From Callorhinchus milii (lineage: Eukaryota), in contig NW_024704742.1 in NCBI RefSeq assembly GCF_018977255.1, positions 83,268,001 to 83,332,000 on the forward strand: a DNA stretch of 64,000 bases, written 5' to 3'. Of the stretch, positions 52,101 to 64,000 are shown in pieces. Position 1 is the first letter of the stretch, and each line of letters opens with the position of its first letter. The notes beneath the pieces are model-generated. The model ran no database searches. It saw only the letters and a list, made by a program, of their open reading frames with translations, and was not told the DNA's origin. The position numbers and the translations under genes are program-made.

Positions 52101-53197
52101 GGGCATTACCTGGGGAGATTTGTGATAAGCTCACCACAGTTGAAAGAATCTCTCATCCTAATACGAAATGCTACACATCACAGAAACTGAACTGCATGAT
52201 GAATGCTTGTGTACATCATGTCACATCAAATATTATACACATTGTTGAAAGCCAATCCATAAAACATGAGAACAAATACCAGATTATGAAACAAGCCCAC
52301 TGATTTTTAATATTTCCATATCAAACCCTCAATCTATTGTCTTTACCCATTTTGTCTTCTATGCTGTCTGGCATTTCCTACACATACAATCTCAGGAAGT
52401 CTTGACAGTAACATCTGCTCCCAACAACATCAAACCCAATGAGATGATTTTGCAGCATTTCTTAATGGATTTCTTAATTAATAAGTTAAGTTAAAGTTAT
52501 GTACTTGTCTATTTGGATTCCTTACTCAAATCAGTTAAGAAATACCACAAAATTAACTCAAAAATGCTTCTGCTCTGCAGATAAGTTCACATAACTACCT
52601 GCATATTTCTGATACAAGTCACGTTAATAAAACATTCTGTCAGAACTCGTCCAAGCATCTCTCACCTTACATCTAACATTCGTACGAAAACAGGTGTGCA
52701 ACCTTTGTCCACAACTGGGAAAAGAGCATGGGTGCCTGGGGTCCTCCTGCGATTGTTTGTGTAACTTGTTAGCAGAATGCAATTCTCTCATTAGTTTCTC
52801 TTTTAACATCCTTAAAATGTTTGTGGCCCATTTGTCTGTGTAGCTGGGATTCAATGACTGAGCACAACCTACTGTCTGACACGGTTGTTAAGGCTGGTCC
52901 CAAATACAGATTGCTTCTTTCACAATATTATGCAGCTGCCCTTTTTTTTTAATATCCTAACACTCAGTGAGTGAAACCAGAGATGGAATGACAGGACAAC
53001 ATTAAAATATTACAAATCCAAAGGGAAATAACATGCTTTTCACAACATTACTGATCCAGAATTTAGTCTGTAGATCATGTAATTCTCCAGAGAGCTCGGA
53101 GAACAAGTTGGCTTTACAGAGGTTCATGGTAACATGGCAAAGAAAACACTGGCCCTTGAGTGGCCTCTCCATTATTTTGGTAAATATTTTTCAGTTC

Positions 53198-53567
53198 TAT
53201 AATAATAATAATCCTTGCATTTGATATAGGATCTTCTCACGTCTTTGAGAAGTCTCAAAGGGCTTCACAGAATATACTGCAAAGTGAATTGACTGCAAAG
53301 TGAATCGACTGCATATTTTGTGGGTCAAACACAGCAGCCAATTGCACACAGCAATGTCCCACACACAGTCAAGAAACAAGTGACCAAATTATTATAATTG
53401 AAAAAGTGATCTGCCAATTGACTAACAACAGGGTTCCTACATACTCCTTGGTAATTAGAGGCATGTGGAGTAAGGAAACTTGCCTAATATTTTGCCCTGG
53501 TCAGGAAATTAACCCAGGTCCTCTCGTTTGCAAAGCAAATGTTCTAACCACTGAGCTACAGGACTCC
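53198..53567 (-). mobile_element. tRNA-Ala-like SINE, long subfamily
   Basis: Head to tail, with a 16-bp local duplication (ctgcaaagtgaatYga) near 53277-53308. Confidence 0.88.
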
Positions 53568-54067
53568 ACATCTATTTGCCCGATAAAGCAGCAGACCCTC
53601 TGCTACGACTGTACCATTAACAGTATTACAGTTCTACGATTTATGTCTAAAATGTCTAAAAGCAATATTTCAAGCAGGTAGTTCATTAATATCAGATACA
53701 TCCAGAAAAGAATTATTTCTGTTCAGGAGGATTTGCGCTCTAAATCCTACATCTCTTCAATGTCTATACAAAATGTAAAATAAGAGTTTGAAATATATCT
53801 TTATATATCACACCTATTGTGATGCACAGTACTTCTGTACCCTTGCTTGAGAATATCAACAGGATGGCAATTGAATTGTTCTTTTTTTAAAAAAAAGACG
53901 TTTACAGTTTATCTAAAATTTATCTCACTTTTGCTGTCATTTTTCCAGGACTCACATTAATCTAATTTCACCTTTATCCTGTGAGATTATGCAGGCTGCA
54001 CTGTGCAGAACACAAGCATGTTATTATCATTCAAATTCCTCCCACAATCAGTAAAAATCAAAGAACC

Positions 54068-54215
54068 GAATCATAGAATATTACAGCACAGAAGGAGGCC
54101 ATTCGGCCCTTCATGCCTGTGACGACTCTTTGGAAGAGCTACACAATCAGTGCCATTCCCCACTCTTTCCCTATATCCTTGTAATCTTTTCCTCTTCAAG
54201 TATCTATTCAATTCC
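54068..54215 (-). mobile_element. CR1 3' UTR/tail fragment
   Basis: gaatcatagaatattacagcacagaaggaggccattcggccc is an antisense CR1-type terminus. Confidence 0.7.
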
Positions 54216-57200
54216 CAGTGGCTGAAAGCAGGGTCACTGATGGCAGAACAGAGAGGATGAGGCATGTGCAGGAAGCCAGAGCCAGCTGAGTGAAGGGATA
54301 ATAATAATAATAATCTCACAAGAGTGGTTACCACAGACAGAATAACAGTATAATAACATGGTCCTCACTGGATTCCAGAAATGACCTGCACTTCCGGTAA
54401 CCATGGGTCCAGAAGAACCTTTCTCTTAAACCGAACTTGCACTCCAAGCTAAATAGCAATAGACTGTTTCTTATGGTCGGCACGTCAGCAATAATTGGGC
54501 ATAAATTCATGGTAAACACAAAAGAAATTAAAGCGGAGGTTAGAAAACAATTTTTTAAATGAGGGGTGTAATTCTAGGGTTGAAACCAAGTTCATAATGA
54601 TTCTCACATCTAAGACATTGTATAAGGTCATAAACTTAGATTTGTTTCCCTGGTTCTCAACTATCACTGGTCATTAAACTAATTTCTCTCCCCCTTCACT
54701 CTCCATTGGCTTCAACAACATTCACATAAGTAGTTAGTGACATCAGACACCCTTGCACGTATGTACTCCAAAGCATTAAATATCTACCTTTGTAATCTCT
54801 GCTACCAAAATAATAAAAGCTAAGGCTGGTGGAATCCACCTGAATATCAATTGACTTTACGCCCAGTCTTGTTATTGGTTCCATTACTGTCATTTGGATT
54901 ACAAAGATCGCAAGAATAAATTACTACAAAAAACAACTTCCATTATATAGCACCCTTCACGCGGGGTAGCATCTCAGAGCGCCTAAATAAAATTAAGAAG
55001 TGAATCAGAATGCCATTGGCTCCAATTTCTCTAGCCCGAGCTTTTCATTCAGGAGTCGGATCTCCACTGTGCAAAGGTAACAGGAGGGAATTATCAAATT
55101 GGTGTTGGGAAATCCAGACATTTTTCTTTGCAAGTTCCCTGCAATTGCTGGCTTGCTCCTGGGAGGCAAACTCTTAATATAATAGAGCATCTGAAAACCT
55201 GATCTGTTGTACATTAACCATTAGAGTTTATTTATTAAAAACACACATTTAGGAAGCAGAACTATACTAGTCATTTTACTTTCCAGTTGCTAATCTTTTA
55301 CTGTTCATTGAAATGCATGAGTTCGATTCCTTCATGGTTGATCAAACACAGGTCCCATGGAGTGAAAATGTAATACTTTTAAATTTTCAAGTTATATTGA
55401 ATTCTCAACTGAAGGATTACATTTCTACACATTATGGAGATGTATTACCAGACATTAATTGTATAGTTTATTGTAACTCATGTTAAGTAATCATGCCTTC
55501 TTGTGGGAGGTTTACTGCTACCATTGGAATCCTAATTGCACTCAAACAGATGTAGGGTGTGCACCCACAAAACACACAGTCACTGCACTTCACAGTAAAT
55601 CCTGTGAAGTACTTCGGAACCTCCCCTCGATGTGAAAGGTGAGGTACCAAATGAAAGGATTACTATTATTATTATGGTTATTGTGTTATTATTATTGTGA
55701 TTATTGTTGTGATTATTATTATTATGTGGGGCCAGAGTGTGAGCCCTAGGATATTGATTCAATATGGATTGCATCGGAACTGTTACTGGGGACAGTAAAA
55801 GCAACTTGCATTTTGATCTTCATGCGGGTAGCATCTCAGAGTGTTGTATAAGGAAAGGGTCAGGTATTGAACAAGGGAGAATGCGAGAGGATAGTGAAAT
55901 GGGGAAGAAGTGGGCTGTGGTCATAAGCACATTCGATGAGGTAGGTTTTGAGTAGGGACATAAAGACAGAGAGGGAGAAAATTGGAAGGAGATCCAGGGG
56001 CTTAGGAGTGTAAGAACTAAGACACAGGACACAGTAACACTGTAGTAATGAGCAAACTGGGAGAAGGTTGATTCTTGTGATCAGATTAGAGAATCAAATG
56101 CAGAAAAAAGTACTGGCAAGAAGAAATACAAGGTGGTCTGAGAATTCCTGGCAATAGAATCTGGCTAACATATTGTACATGTAGTGAGGGGAGTCCAGGG
56201 CCATTAATCTGTAATCAAAACATAGTAACCAGATTCTGCAGTTTACAAACAGGATCCAAACTCCAAACCTATCTTTCAATTTCAAGCTATCGATTAGCAC
56301 CAGATCAGTCTTAAAAGTATCAGAAACAAGCAAACTAAAATTGATTATTTTCGTATCTTTTGCTGATCATGAGTGAGGCCTGCCAATGCTGATAGGAGGT
56401 ATATTTCCCCATCAACAACTCGAACAAATATGTTTCTCAATCTGTCTGCCTTACCTCCTCCTTGCCCGTCTACAGATCTTAAGTTCACACCTGAAGACCT
56501 TCCTCTTTGACTGTGCCTATGGTCAACTCCCCTTCCTCCCAGTTCAAAGTAGAGCTCCACCACTGTTAAATGCTCCAAGACACTACTCTGCATGAAAGGC
56601 ACATAAAAATGCAGTTGTTGTGGTTGTTGTACTCCATCCAGTACATCAAAAGTAGTGATTTAGCCTTCGGGCTTAAACAGGAGGGCGGGATCTGTGCAGT
56701 GACTGGCTATCATGACTGTCACTCATCAGGGAGGGTGGGCTCGTTGCAATGATTGACTGGTCCAAGCTGTCACTCATCTGGATGTTGGGCTCTGGTGTGG
56801 TACGTATCGGGAGCCAATCACGGTGGCGTGCATGAACCATTCATGGGAGCACTTAGGAAATTTCCCCAATTTCCCATATAGCCCGTCTGCTCCTGACCAA
56901 CAGGAGCTGTTAGCATTCATCGGAGACTTCACTCTCAATGAGGGAGTGAAGGATGGGCATGAGAAGATGGGGTGGAACCATTGGGACGGATGTTTGCACC
57001 ATGTTCTTTGGTAACTGCAATCAGCCTTGGTGCCCTGAGGGCTGCTGTGCCGCCTGGAGGTAGAGGTGGGCCTGACAGCTAACTCCAGCTTAAATTCCAA
57101 AAGCTCCAGCAACATAATGAGATGTCATTCTTTGTTTTCAAAATCAGATTTTGTGCATCAGTGTGAAAAGCAATTTCAACATTCAATTACTGTCATGTTT

Positions 57201-58019
57201 GCTGAATTACACAATAGGGAATGGTTATCCTCCTGGCTAACAACATTAAAGGAGAACTGTATTCATCTGAACTGACAGTTAATCCTAAGTGTCATAAAGG
57301 GATCTATCTGTATATTTACTGATGACTCTCAGTCCTCTTTGTTTTCATGTTTTATGTTTTAACATTGGCAATCAGAAGCAGCTGGAGAAGAAGGTATTTG
57401 CTTGTAAAATTTCCCCTGGAGTTTATCATGAAGCTCCTTTCCAGTAATACCATGAATATGGGTCAGATTTAGTCAGGGAGAAGTGATGTACACGTCACTT
57501 AGATATATACATGCGGGAAATGGGATCGAAAGGGATGGGAGTGAGTTTAGCCTTTGGTCTTTGACCCTCTGGCATTGCGTGAAAAGTGATGCAGCTGCAT
57601 CAAGCAGCATATAAAGAGGAGTAGCCTCCACAACAAAGCAGAGACAAAAATTAAATGCTGAAGAGTCTATCAAGGAAGTTGCAAAATGCAATACATAAGC
57701 CTGATTTTCTCCACTGGACTGACAGTAAAAGGCAGTGACAGCGTGTGTAGTTTTGGGAGCTGAATAACAATAACAACAGTTTGCATTTATATAGTGCCCT
57801 TCAAGCGGGGCAGTGTCTCGAAATGTTTAACAGTGACGGAGCCTGCCACTGAGCCAGTGGGAGGTGACATAAGCACAGTGGAAGAAGAAGGTCTTCAGTC
57901 AGGATCTAAAAGAGGGGAAGGAGGGAGCAAGGCAGAGGGATTGCGGGAAACAGTTTCACAGTTTCAGGGTGTAGTGGCTGAATAAGTAAGGTGGGGAGAG
58001 GGGAATGGGAGATAAGTGA

Positions 58020-58250
58020 GGTTTCCCTGGAGCTGAGCTGGTTCCAAGGTGACATGCTTGGCAACAGAATATTGGAATCAAGTCAATCTTCTGTGGTGGT
58101 CTCAGTAGTGTGGTTCCTGAGCCAGGCAGTCTGCAGTATTCCAGGGCTTTGCTAATAACGGAACAGTCAACTTGGCGCGTCGGCAAGACTTGGAGGGCCA
58201 CACTAGTCCTAGTCACTGGGAGCAGGGACTCTTCCCATTCAGCTCCTGTT
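58020..58250 (+). repeat. Unclassified old interspersed repeat, copy 3
   Basis: Aligns by eye with the reverse complement of 37833-38060. Confidence 0.6.
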
Positions 58251-60067
58251 AACCCTTCAACTGACAGGTAGGATGTTCCTAGCTGGACAAGCAGTATTCT
58301 CAATGGCAAGTTATGTGATTTTAGCTAGTTAAATTCCAGCAGCAACCTAACATATTTTGGGGTCACCAAGCCTTGATTCTTGCCAACGGATGACGAACGA
58401 TCTCCAGAATTAGATAATAGGGTGCGTCACTTTATTCACTCTGAAATGTTGCTGTATGCAAATTGGCAGCCAAGTTGGCTTATAAAATGTACATTACACA
58501 TTACACTAAATCTGTGAAGTGCTTTGAGACATCCTCTTAATGTGATAAGGATCATAATGATTATTATGATCTTTCCTTATTCACATCAGGGGTTTTTGGG
58601 GAGATATTCATTTCTTTCCTTGCAATCATTAGATTTAGCAGACAGTAATGAGAGCTCGGAATAAAACAAAAGAAAAATTAGGGGTGCTGTTGAGGCCTTC
58701 TATAAAATTAAATGCAATGGACAAGAAAAAGGCTGATAACTGAACATAAGCATGATTAATAACATATCAAAGAGATACTGTTATATTTTATTAGATTAAC
58801 ATTGATTTACATTACATTTTACGTTAGATTTACATTACATTTCACCCACAAAATATGGTCAATTTACTTTACAGTATATTTTGAGAAGCGCTTTGAGAAC
58901 TCCTAACGATATGATAGGCGTTCTACGAAATTAAGAATTATTATTATTGAAAGCCAGGATCGAAAATAAAGCGCAGCTCATTCCTGTCAGCTTTCCAACC
59001 TTCATCAGGGAGCCAAGTTCCCTAGCAAAAGCATACTAAATCTTGAGTTTAAGACACTAGTGTAAACAGAGAATGATTCAAGTCGACTTGACAGTGGGAT
59101 TCAGAAGGCACCAGTCAGCAACAAATGGTTTTAAAGATCACTGCAGGAGATAAAGTAAATACTTATTTAATACAAGTGGGGTGTATTTTAAAGAGTTAGT
59201 TTAGGAGTGAAATCAGAAATCATTTTTTCACATAAATATCTCCAAAAGGTTGTTGATTCCTGGTTATATGAACTATTGAAGAGGGAAGTGAGTGAATATC
59301 TGGTAGGGAAGCGTATCAAGGGATGTGGTGAAAGGCAGGGAAACCGTATCGGGTTTGCAGACCAGCTGTTGTTGCAAACTCAGTGCTCGAGATATGGATA
59401 TTTTGATGAGTTATCTGGAATAGTACAGCCAGGCACCCCTTCAGCTGGGGATGCATAAAACCTTTATAATCCATGTTCTTCAGCCATGATTTAATAAAAT
59501 GATGGGCTAGGTTTGAATGGTCTACTCCTGTTCCTATCTTCTTCTTTGCTAGGCATTGTTCATAACATACTTTATCTCAGCTTTGGTTTCTTTTATACAC
59601 ATAATTACATTTATAAAATATTGTAAAAGATATGAAGATAGATTTAATAAAATTACTGCCTGCCATTACTCCCTTCCTCCTGGGTGATTTATTGTGTAAC
59701 TTTCTCATTTAACAGCTTTCACAAGCGAAAGTGATCAGTTACAGCCTGCAATATTACATATTTAACAACTGACTGATTTTCTATGGTTCAAATTTGGTTT
59801 TGCAAATTAAAGTGTTAAAGTGGGGATAATATGTTAATAGGATTAATATGAACTACAAAACAGGAACCTGAGAAAATAAATTAATTACAGTGAATATTGT
59901 ACAAGCCAAATTACTGAAAATATATTTAATTTACCTTTTGTGTCAAGTGAAATTATGTCATAGTCTAAAATAACATGGTGCATTGTAGTGGCAATGCAAA
60001 CCCTCGTGCAGAATAATAGAAAAAATGATGAATAATCTGTAAAATTAATTTGAGTCTTAAAGAATAT

Positions 60068-60360
60068 AGCAATAATCATAATAATAATACTTGCATTTGA
60101 TATAGCATCTTATCACGTCATTGAGATGTCTCAAAGCGCTTCACAGAATATACTGTAAAGTGAATTGACTGTATATTTCTGGGCGAACGCGGCAGCCAAT
60201 TGCGCACAGCAATGTCCCACAAACAGTCGTAGATTGAAAATGACCAATTTATTTTTTGTTTGTTTTGGAGGGATTATTATTAGGTGTGTGGAGTAAGGAA
60301 ACTTGCCCAAGGTTTCGCCCTCTGCCTGGAACTGAATTCAGGTCTCTCACTTGCAAAGCG
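60068..60360 (-). mobile_element. tRNA-Ala-like SINE, short subfamily, 5'-truncated
   Basis: Closely matches the 31201 copy; lacks the A box. Confidence 0.9.
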
Positions 60361-61699
60361 AATAACTCCTTTTACATGAAAAATGTAAATCCTCTCTGAA
60401 GCAGGTCTAAGCTATCTTCGTTGTTTTGCAAGGAGCAAGAAATTGTGGCAATTGCAGAGGATTTAGTAGCATTTGGAAAGCGATTTGACGCCCAGCCTGC
60501 TCCATGAATCAGACAATGTAGTTTGTTGCGGTTACTGAATCGATGGTCCCAATGTACAGGGGAAGGTGGAGTCCTGTCAGCTTTGCATGGGAAGTGGATG
60601 GTTAATGAATGTTGTTGGAAGGTAAAACTCCACTGAGTGCAAACTCACAATCACAGCTTAAGAAGGCAGGGACTGACTGTGTGGTATCTACCTTGCCAAA
60701 GTGTCATGTTAGCTGTAGAGTGCATGTATTTTTCATTCACTCGATGAAAATAAATTGACAAGGGAGCAGCCAAAGATAAAATATGCAGATAAAATTTATA
60801 AAAAATGAATGTTTAATTGACCACGTTTACTGTGTGCGGTCTGGTGTGCTTCTTGATAAAAGACCACATTTGCAAGCTGTGCCTGCTTGCTTGTATGCAA
60901 ATCACATGTAATAAAAGCTCCCTTTTATCCTGTTTACATGTTGCTGAGTCATAAGATTAAATGGCGAGTTCAGAAACAGAGTTATTTTACAAGAGCTAAT
61001 CCACTGTATTTCTTAATAAGAATTCTCGAATTTCCTTTGATCGCATCAGAGCAAAGTTCCCGTGGGTCGGGGTAACATACTTTTTGCCAAATGGGATGGA
61101 ATCTCCATTTAAGTGACCTCAAATTCATCATTAAGGAATTCCTTTAAGCAATACCGCAAATTGGACGCAAGCATATGCAGTACTGCAATGTCGGCAAACA
61201 TAAACAGCTGTTCTCAAACTATTACTGTGCAAGCAAAAAAGATCGTCAGTGGAAATGTGGCAGGTTTAGTTCAGGTATATTTTGCGCTGACTGTTATCGC
61301 TAGATTTCCCGTTACAAAATTGCACCAGGCTGTTCATTTACATTGAAATTGCTTTGGGCTCTCGCTGTTAGCTCAAAGCTGAGACATGGCACTAGATTTT
61401 CAGTTTAACCTCAGACTGCTTCAAGCACTAGCTGTTATCTGCTGTGAAATACTTGCCTTAAAGTTACAAACATATTGACTTTGGGTGACCTACCTTCATG
61501 TCCAGCAGCATTGCCCCAGGATGTGGATGTCGTTACCTAAAAGTCAAATGCAATTCCTTAAATATTGCTTACATTATTTTAGATTTGGATCTGATTTGAG
61601 ATATTTCTTAGGTTTCTTAGTAAAGAATCCAAGTCGCATCAATGAGCACTTCTTGCAGTTATCAGACAGACATCATAATAACTTACAGGTGCTCCACCT

Positions 61700-62143
61700 G
61701 AGCACAGTTTAGAGGTGTCAACCACTCTCACCTCCGAGTCAGAAAGTTGCGGGTTCAACCTCCACATTGAGACTTTAAATTCACAGTCCAGGCTGACACT
61801 CAAGAGCAATGTTGGGCGAGACCTGCATTGCCAGAGGTGCCATCCTTTAATTGACACGTTAAAGTTGTTCAGGTGGACTTTAAGGATTTTACGTCATTAT
61901 TCAAAAAAGGAAGGGAGTGACTCCCTGTGTCCTGGTCAACAATCCCCCAGATAAAATTGGTCACTTACCGAATGGCTGTTTGTGTGACATTGCTATGCAC
62001 AGATTGACTGTCAGGTTTGCCGACAAATACACAGTCACCACACTTTACAGTGAATCCTGTGAAGCACTTTAGCACATCTTCACAAATGTGATCAAGGCAC
62101 TTTAAATATGAAATGAAAATGTCAAATACAAGGATTATTATTA
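61700..62143 (+). mobile_element. DeuSINE (SacSINE1-like), near full length
   Basis: cctccgagtcagaaagttgcgggttcaacc head, Deu domain and tail ending aggattattattag. Confidence 0.8.
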
Positions 62144-62516
62144 GCAATAGTGTTACTACTTCAAAATCAGAGTTCCTGAGGGCTGATGGAAATTTAATGG
62201 AATCCTGTTCAGAAATATCAAACTACCCACCCACTATTGTTTGTATCCCGAGCATAAAAACCTTTGCATTTGATAATTTGCCTTATCACATTGTTGAGAT
62301 GACTGTGCCAAGCTGATATGCAGGTGAACATAACAACATCCACTTCAGTCACCCAGTGTAAAAGTCTAGCAATCCCAACAAGGTAATGTACAGATCACTA
62401 GAGAGAATCAGATGAAAAAAGCCCTCCCACTCATTTTAGCTTATCTTTCCAGAAAACCCACCCTCCCATTACAGCACCAAGCTGTTTCTTAAACGATTCC
62501 AGTGCTCTGGACTCCA

Positions 62517-62870
62517 CAACAACAACAACAACAAGATTCCATTTATAGAGCGCCTTTCACGTCAGGAGGACGTCCCAAGGCGCTGCACAGTTGGGTTATG
62601 ACCCGAGCAGGGGGGAAATGGTCAGGGTGAGGGGAGGGAAGGGAGGGAGCGAGGAGGGGGGAAATGGTCAGGGTGAGGGGAGGGAAGGGAGGGAGCGAGG
62701 AGGGGGAAGAGAGTCGAGACGGGAGCTGAAGGCTCGGTCAAAGAGAAAGGTTTTGAGACCGGCCTTGAAGGAGGAGAGGGAGGAGGCGGCGAAGGCACTG
62801 GGGGATAGAGTTCCAGAGCCTCGGGGCTGAGAGGCTGAAGGCCCGGCCACCGATGGTAGGGCGATTGGGA
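62517..62870 (-). mobile_element. L2 3' end (third 3'-UTR type) with a 46-bp tandem duplication
   Basis: Matches the 44187 copy; 62610-62655 is repeated at 62656-62701. Confidence 0.9.
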
Positions 62871-63499
62871 CCTTTCACCATCCTTTCTGGCTTCCTAGTC
62901 CTGCTATTGATTACTGTCTCTGCAAATTATTGTCAGCTCTCTGCCTACTCCACTTGTGTCTGTAAAAAGACTGCGACCAAATCTTTAAAAAAAACAGCAG
63001 TAGAGGATTGGCAAAGAACAAGGTTCCTTTGCCACTGTGTGGAAAGCACAACTTGAGTCTGATCCAGCAGGATGTAGGTAGAGTCCCAGAAGGCAAATCA
63101 ACGGTATCAAATACTTTAAAACTATTGGGGAAGGAAGGAAGGGAGGAAGGAAACTTACATTTTTATAGCAGTTTATCACATTAAACATCTCAAAGAACTT
63201 CACAGCTATAGGCTGTCGAGTGTATTGACTGTTTTTGTAGGCACAGGAAGATCCCATAAAGAGCCTATGAGGTGAATGGGCAATTAATCTGAACCACTGA
63301 TGGCCAGGTCATGGGAAGAAACTTCTTTCTCTTTCCAAATAGCATCATGGGATCTTTGAAGGGAAGCCAACAGCTTTTATTTTCTTGCAGCACATTCACA
63401 ACAATTTGAAAACATACCATGATATCTTTATGTTTGCTTCGAATAACTATGTGACAAACAATGTGCTGCGTGCAGTACCAGGTTATATCATGTATACTT

Positions 63500-63567
63500 G
63501 GAGTCCTGTAGCTCAGTGGTTAGAGCACTCGCCTCGCAAGTGAGAGACCTGGGTTCGATTCCCGGCA
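63500..63567 (+). mobile_element. tRNA-like SINE head with intact A and B boxes
   Basis: GGAGTCCTGTAGCTCAGTGGTTAGAGCACTCGCCTCGCAAGTGAGAGACCTGGGTTCGATTCCCGGCA. Confidence 0.9.
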
Positions 63568-64000
63568 ACTCAGGCGCTGACAGCATCAGCATCCAAGGCT
63601 GCACTCTCCACCTCTCAAAGCCGGTCAGCAACCTCGGGGTTCTGTTCGACCCTGAGCTGTCCTTTCTTCCCCACATCCGCGCAACAGCTGGCACTGCCTT
63701 CCACCACCTCTGGAACATCGCCAGACTACGGCACTACCTCACCCCTCACGCTGCTGAAACCCTGGTCCACGCCTTTATCACCTCAAGGCTGGACTATGGG
63801 AACTCTCTCCTCGCCGGCCTTCCCAGCACCTCCCTCCACACTGCAGGTCATTCAGAACTCTGCAGCTCGTGTACTGTCCCGCACCAGGCTTCGGGACCAC
63901 ATCACTCCCACCCTCGCTCACCTCCACTCGCTCCCCATCCCCCAGAGGATTGATTTCAAGATCCTCATCTTCACCTACAAGGCCATTCACGGCCTCGCTC
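63568..64000 (+). mobile_element. L2 LINE ORF2 fragment running off the window
   Basis: VSNLGVLFDPELSFLPHI...LVHAFITSRLDYGNSLLAGLP. Confidence 0.9.

Noticed and set aside
52624..52854. ORF with a CSFPSCG zinc-finger-like motif
   Set aside because: Lacks the paired His residues of a C2H2 finger and has no supporting gene structure.
63500..63570. Possible tRNA-Ala(CGC) gene
   Set aside because: Identical in form to the SINE head found many times here, the acceptor stem is incomplete, and no T-run terminator follows.

Overview
Non-coding, AT-rich, repeat-dense vertebrate DNA (intronic or intergenic). The repeat content points to a cartilaginous fish, probably a holocephalan; this is inference. 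I can support no host protein-coding exon, true tRNA, rRNA or CRISPR array. All recognisable ORFs are decayed retrotransposon fragments or chance frames. Main contents: (1) many copies of a tRNA-Ala-like SINE with an apparent CORE-like segment, the 3' part of the Deu domain and an L2-type tail, in long and short subfamilies; (2) older SacSINE1-like DeuSINEs; (3) 5'-truncated L2-clade LINEs with (TTG)n tails and at least three 3'-UTR types; (4) CR1 fragments and faint RTE-like relics; (5) three palindromic Penelope-like elements with degenerate hammerhead-ribozyme cores; (6) a 652-bp solo LTR with a 4-bp TSD inside a minisatellite; (7) old hairpin/TIR elements and an unclassified repeat in three copies; (8) repeat-free islands that could be enhancers. 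No novel multi-gene system is supported. The best leads are the ribozyme-like palindromes, the composite SINE, the reciprocal nesting and a SINE-head/L2 fusion. Family names come from recalled consensus sequences, not a database search. Boundaries of decayed repeats are approximate.
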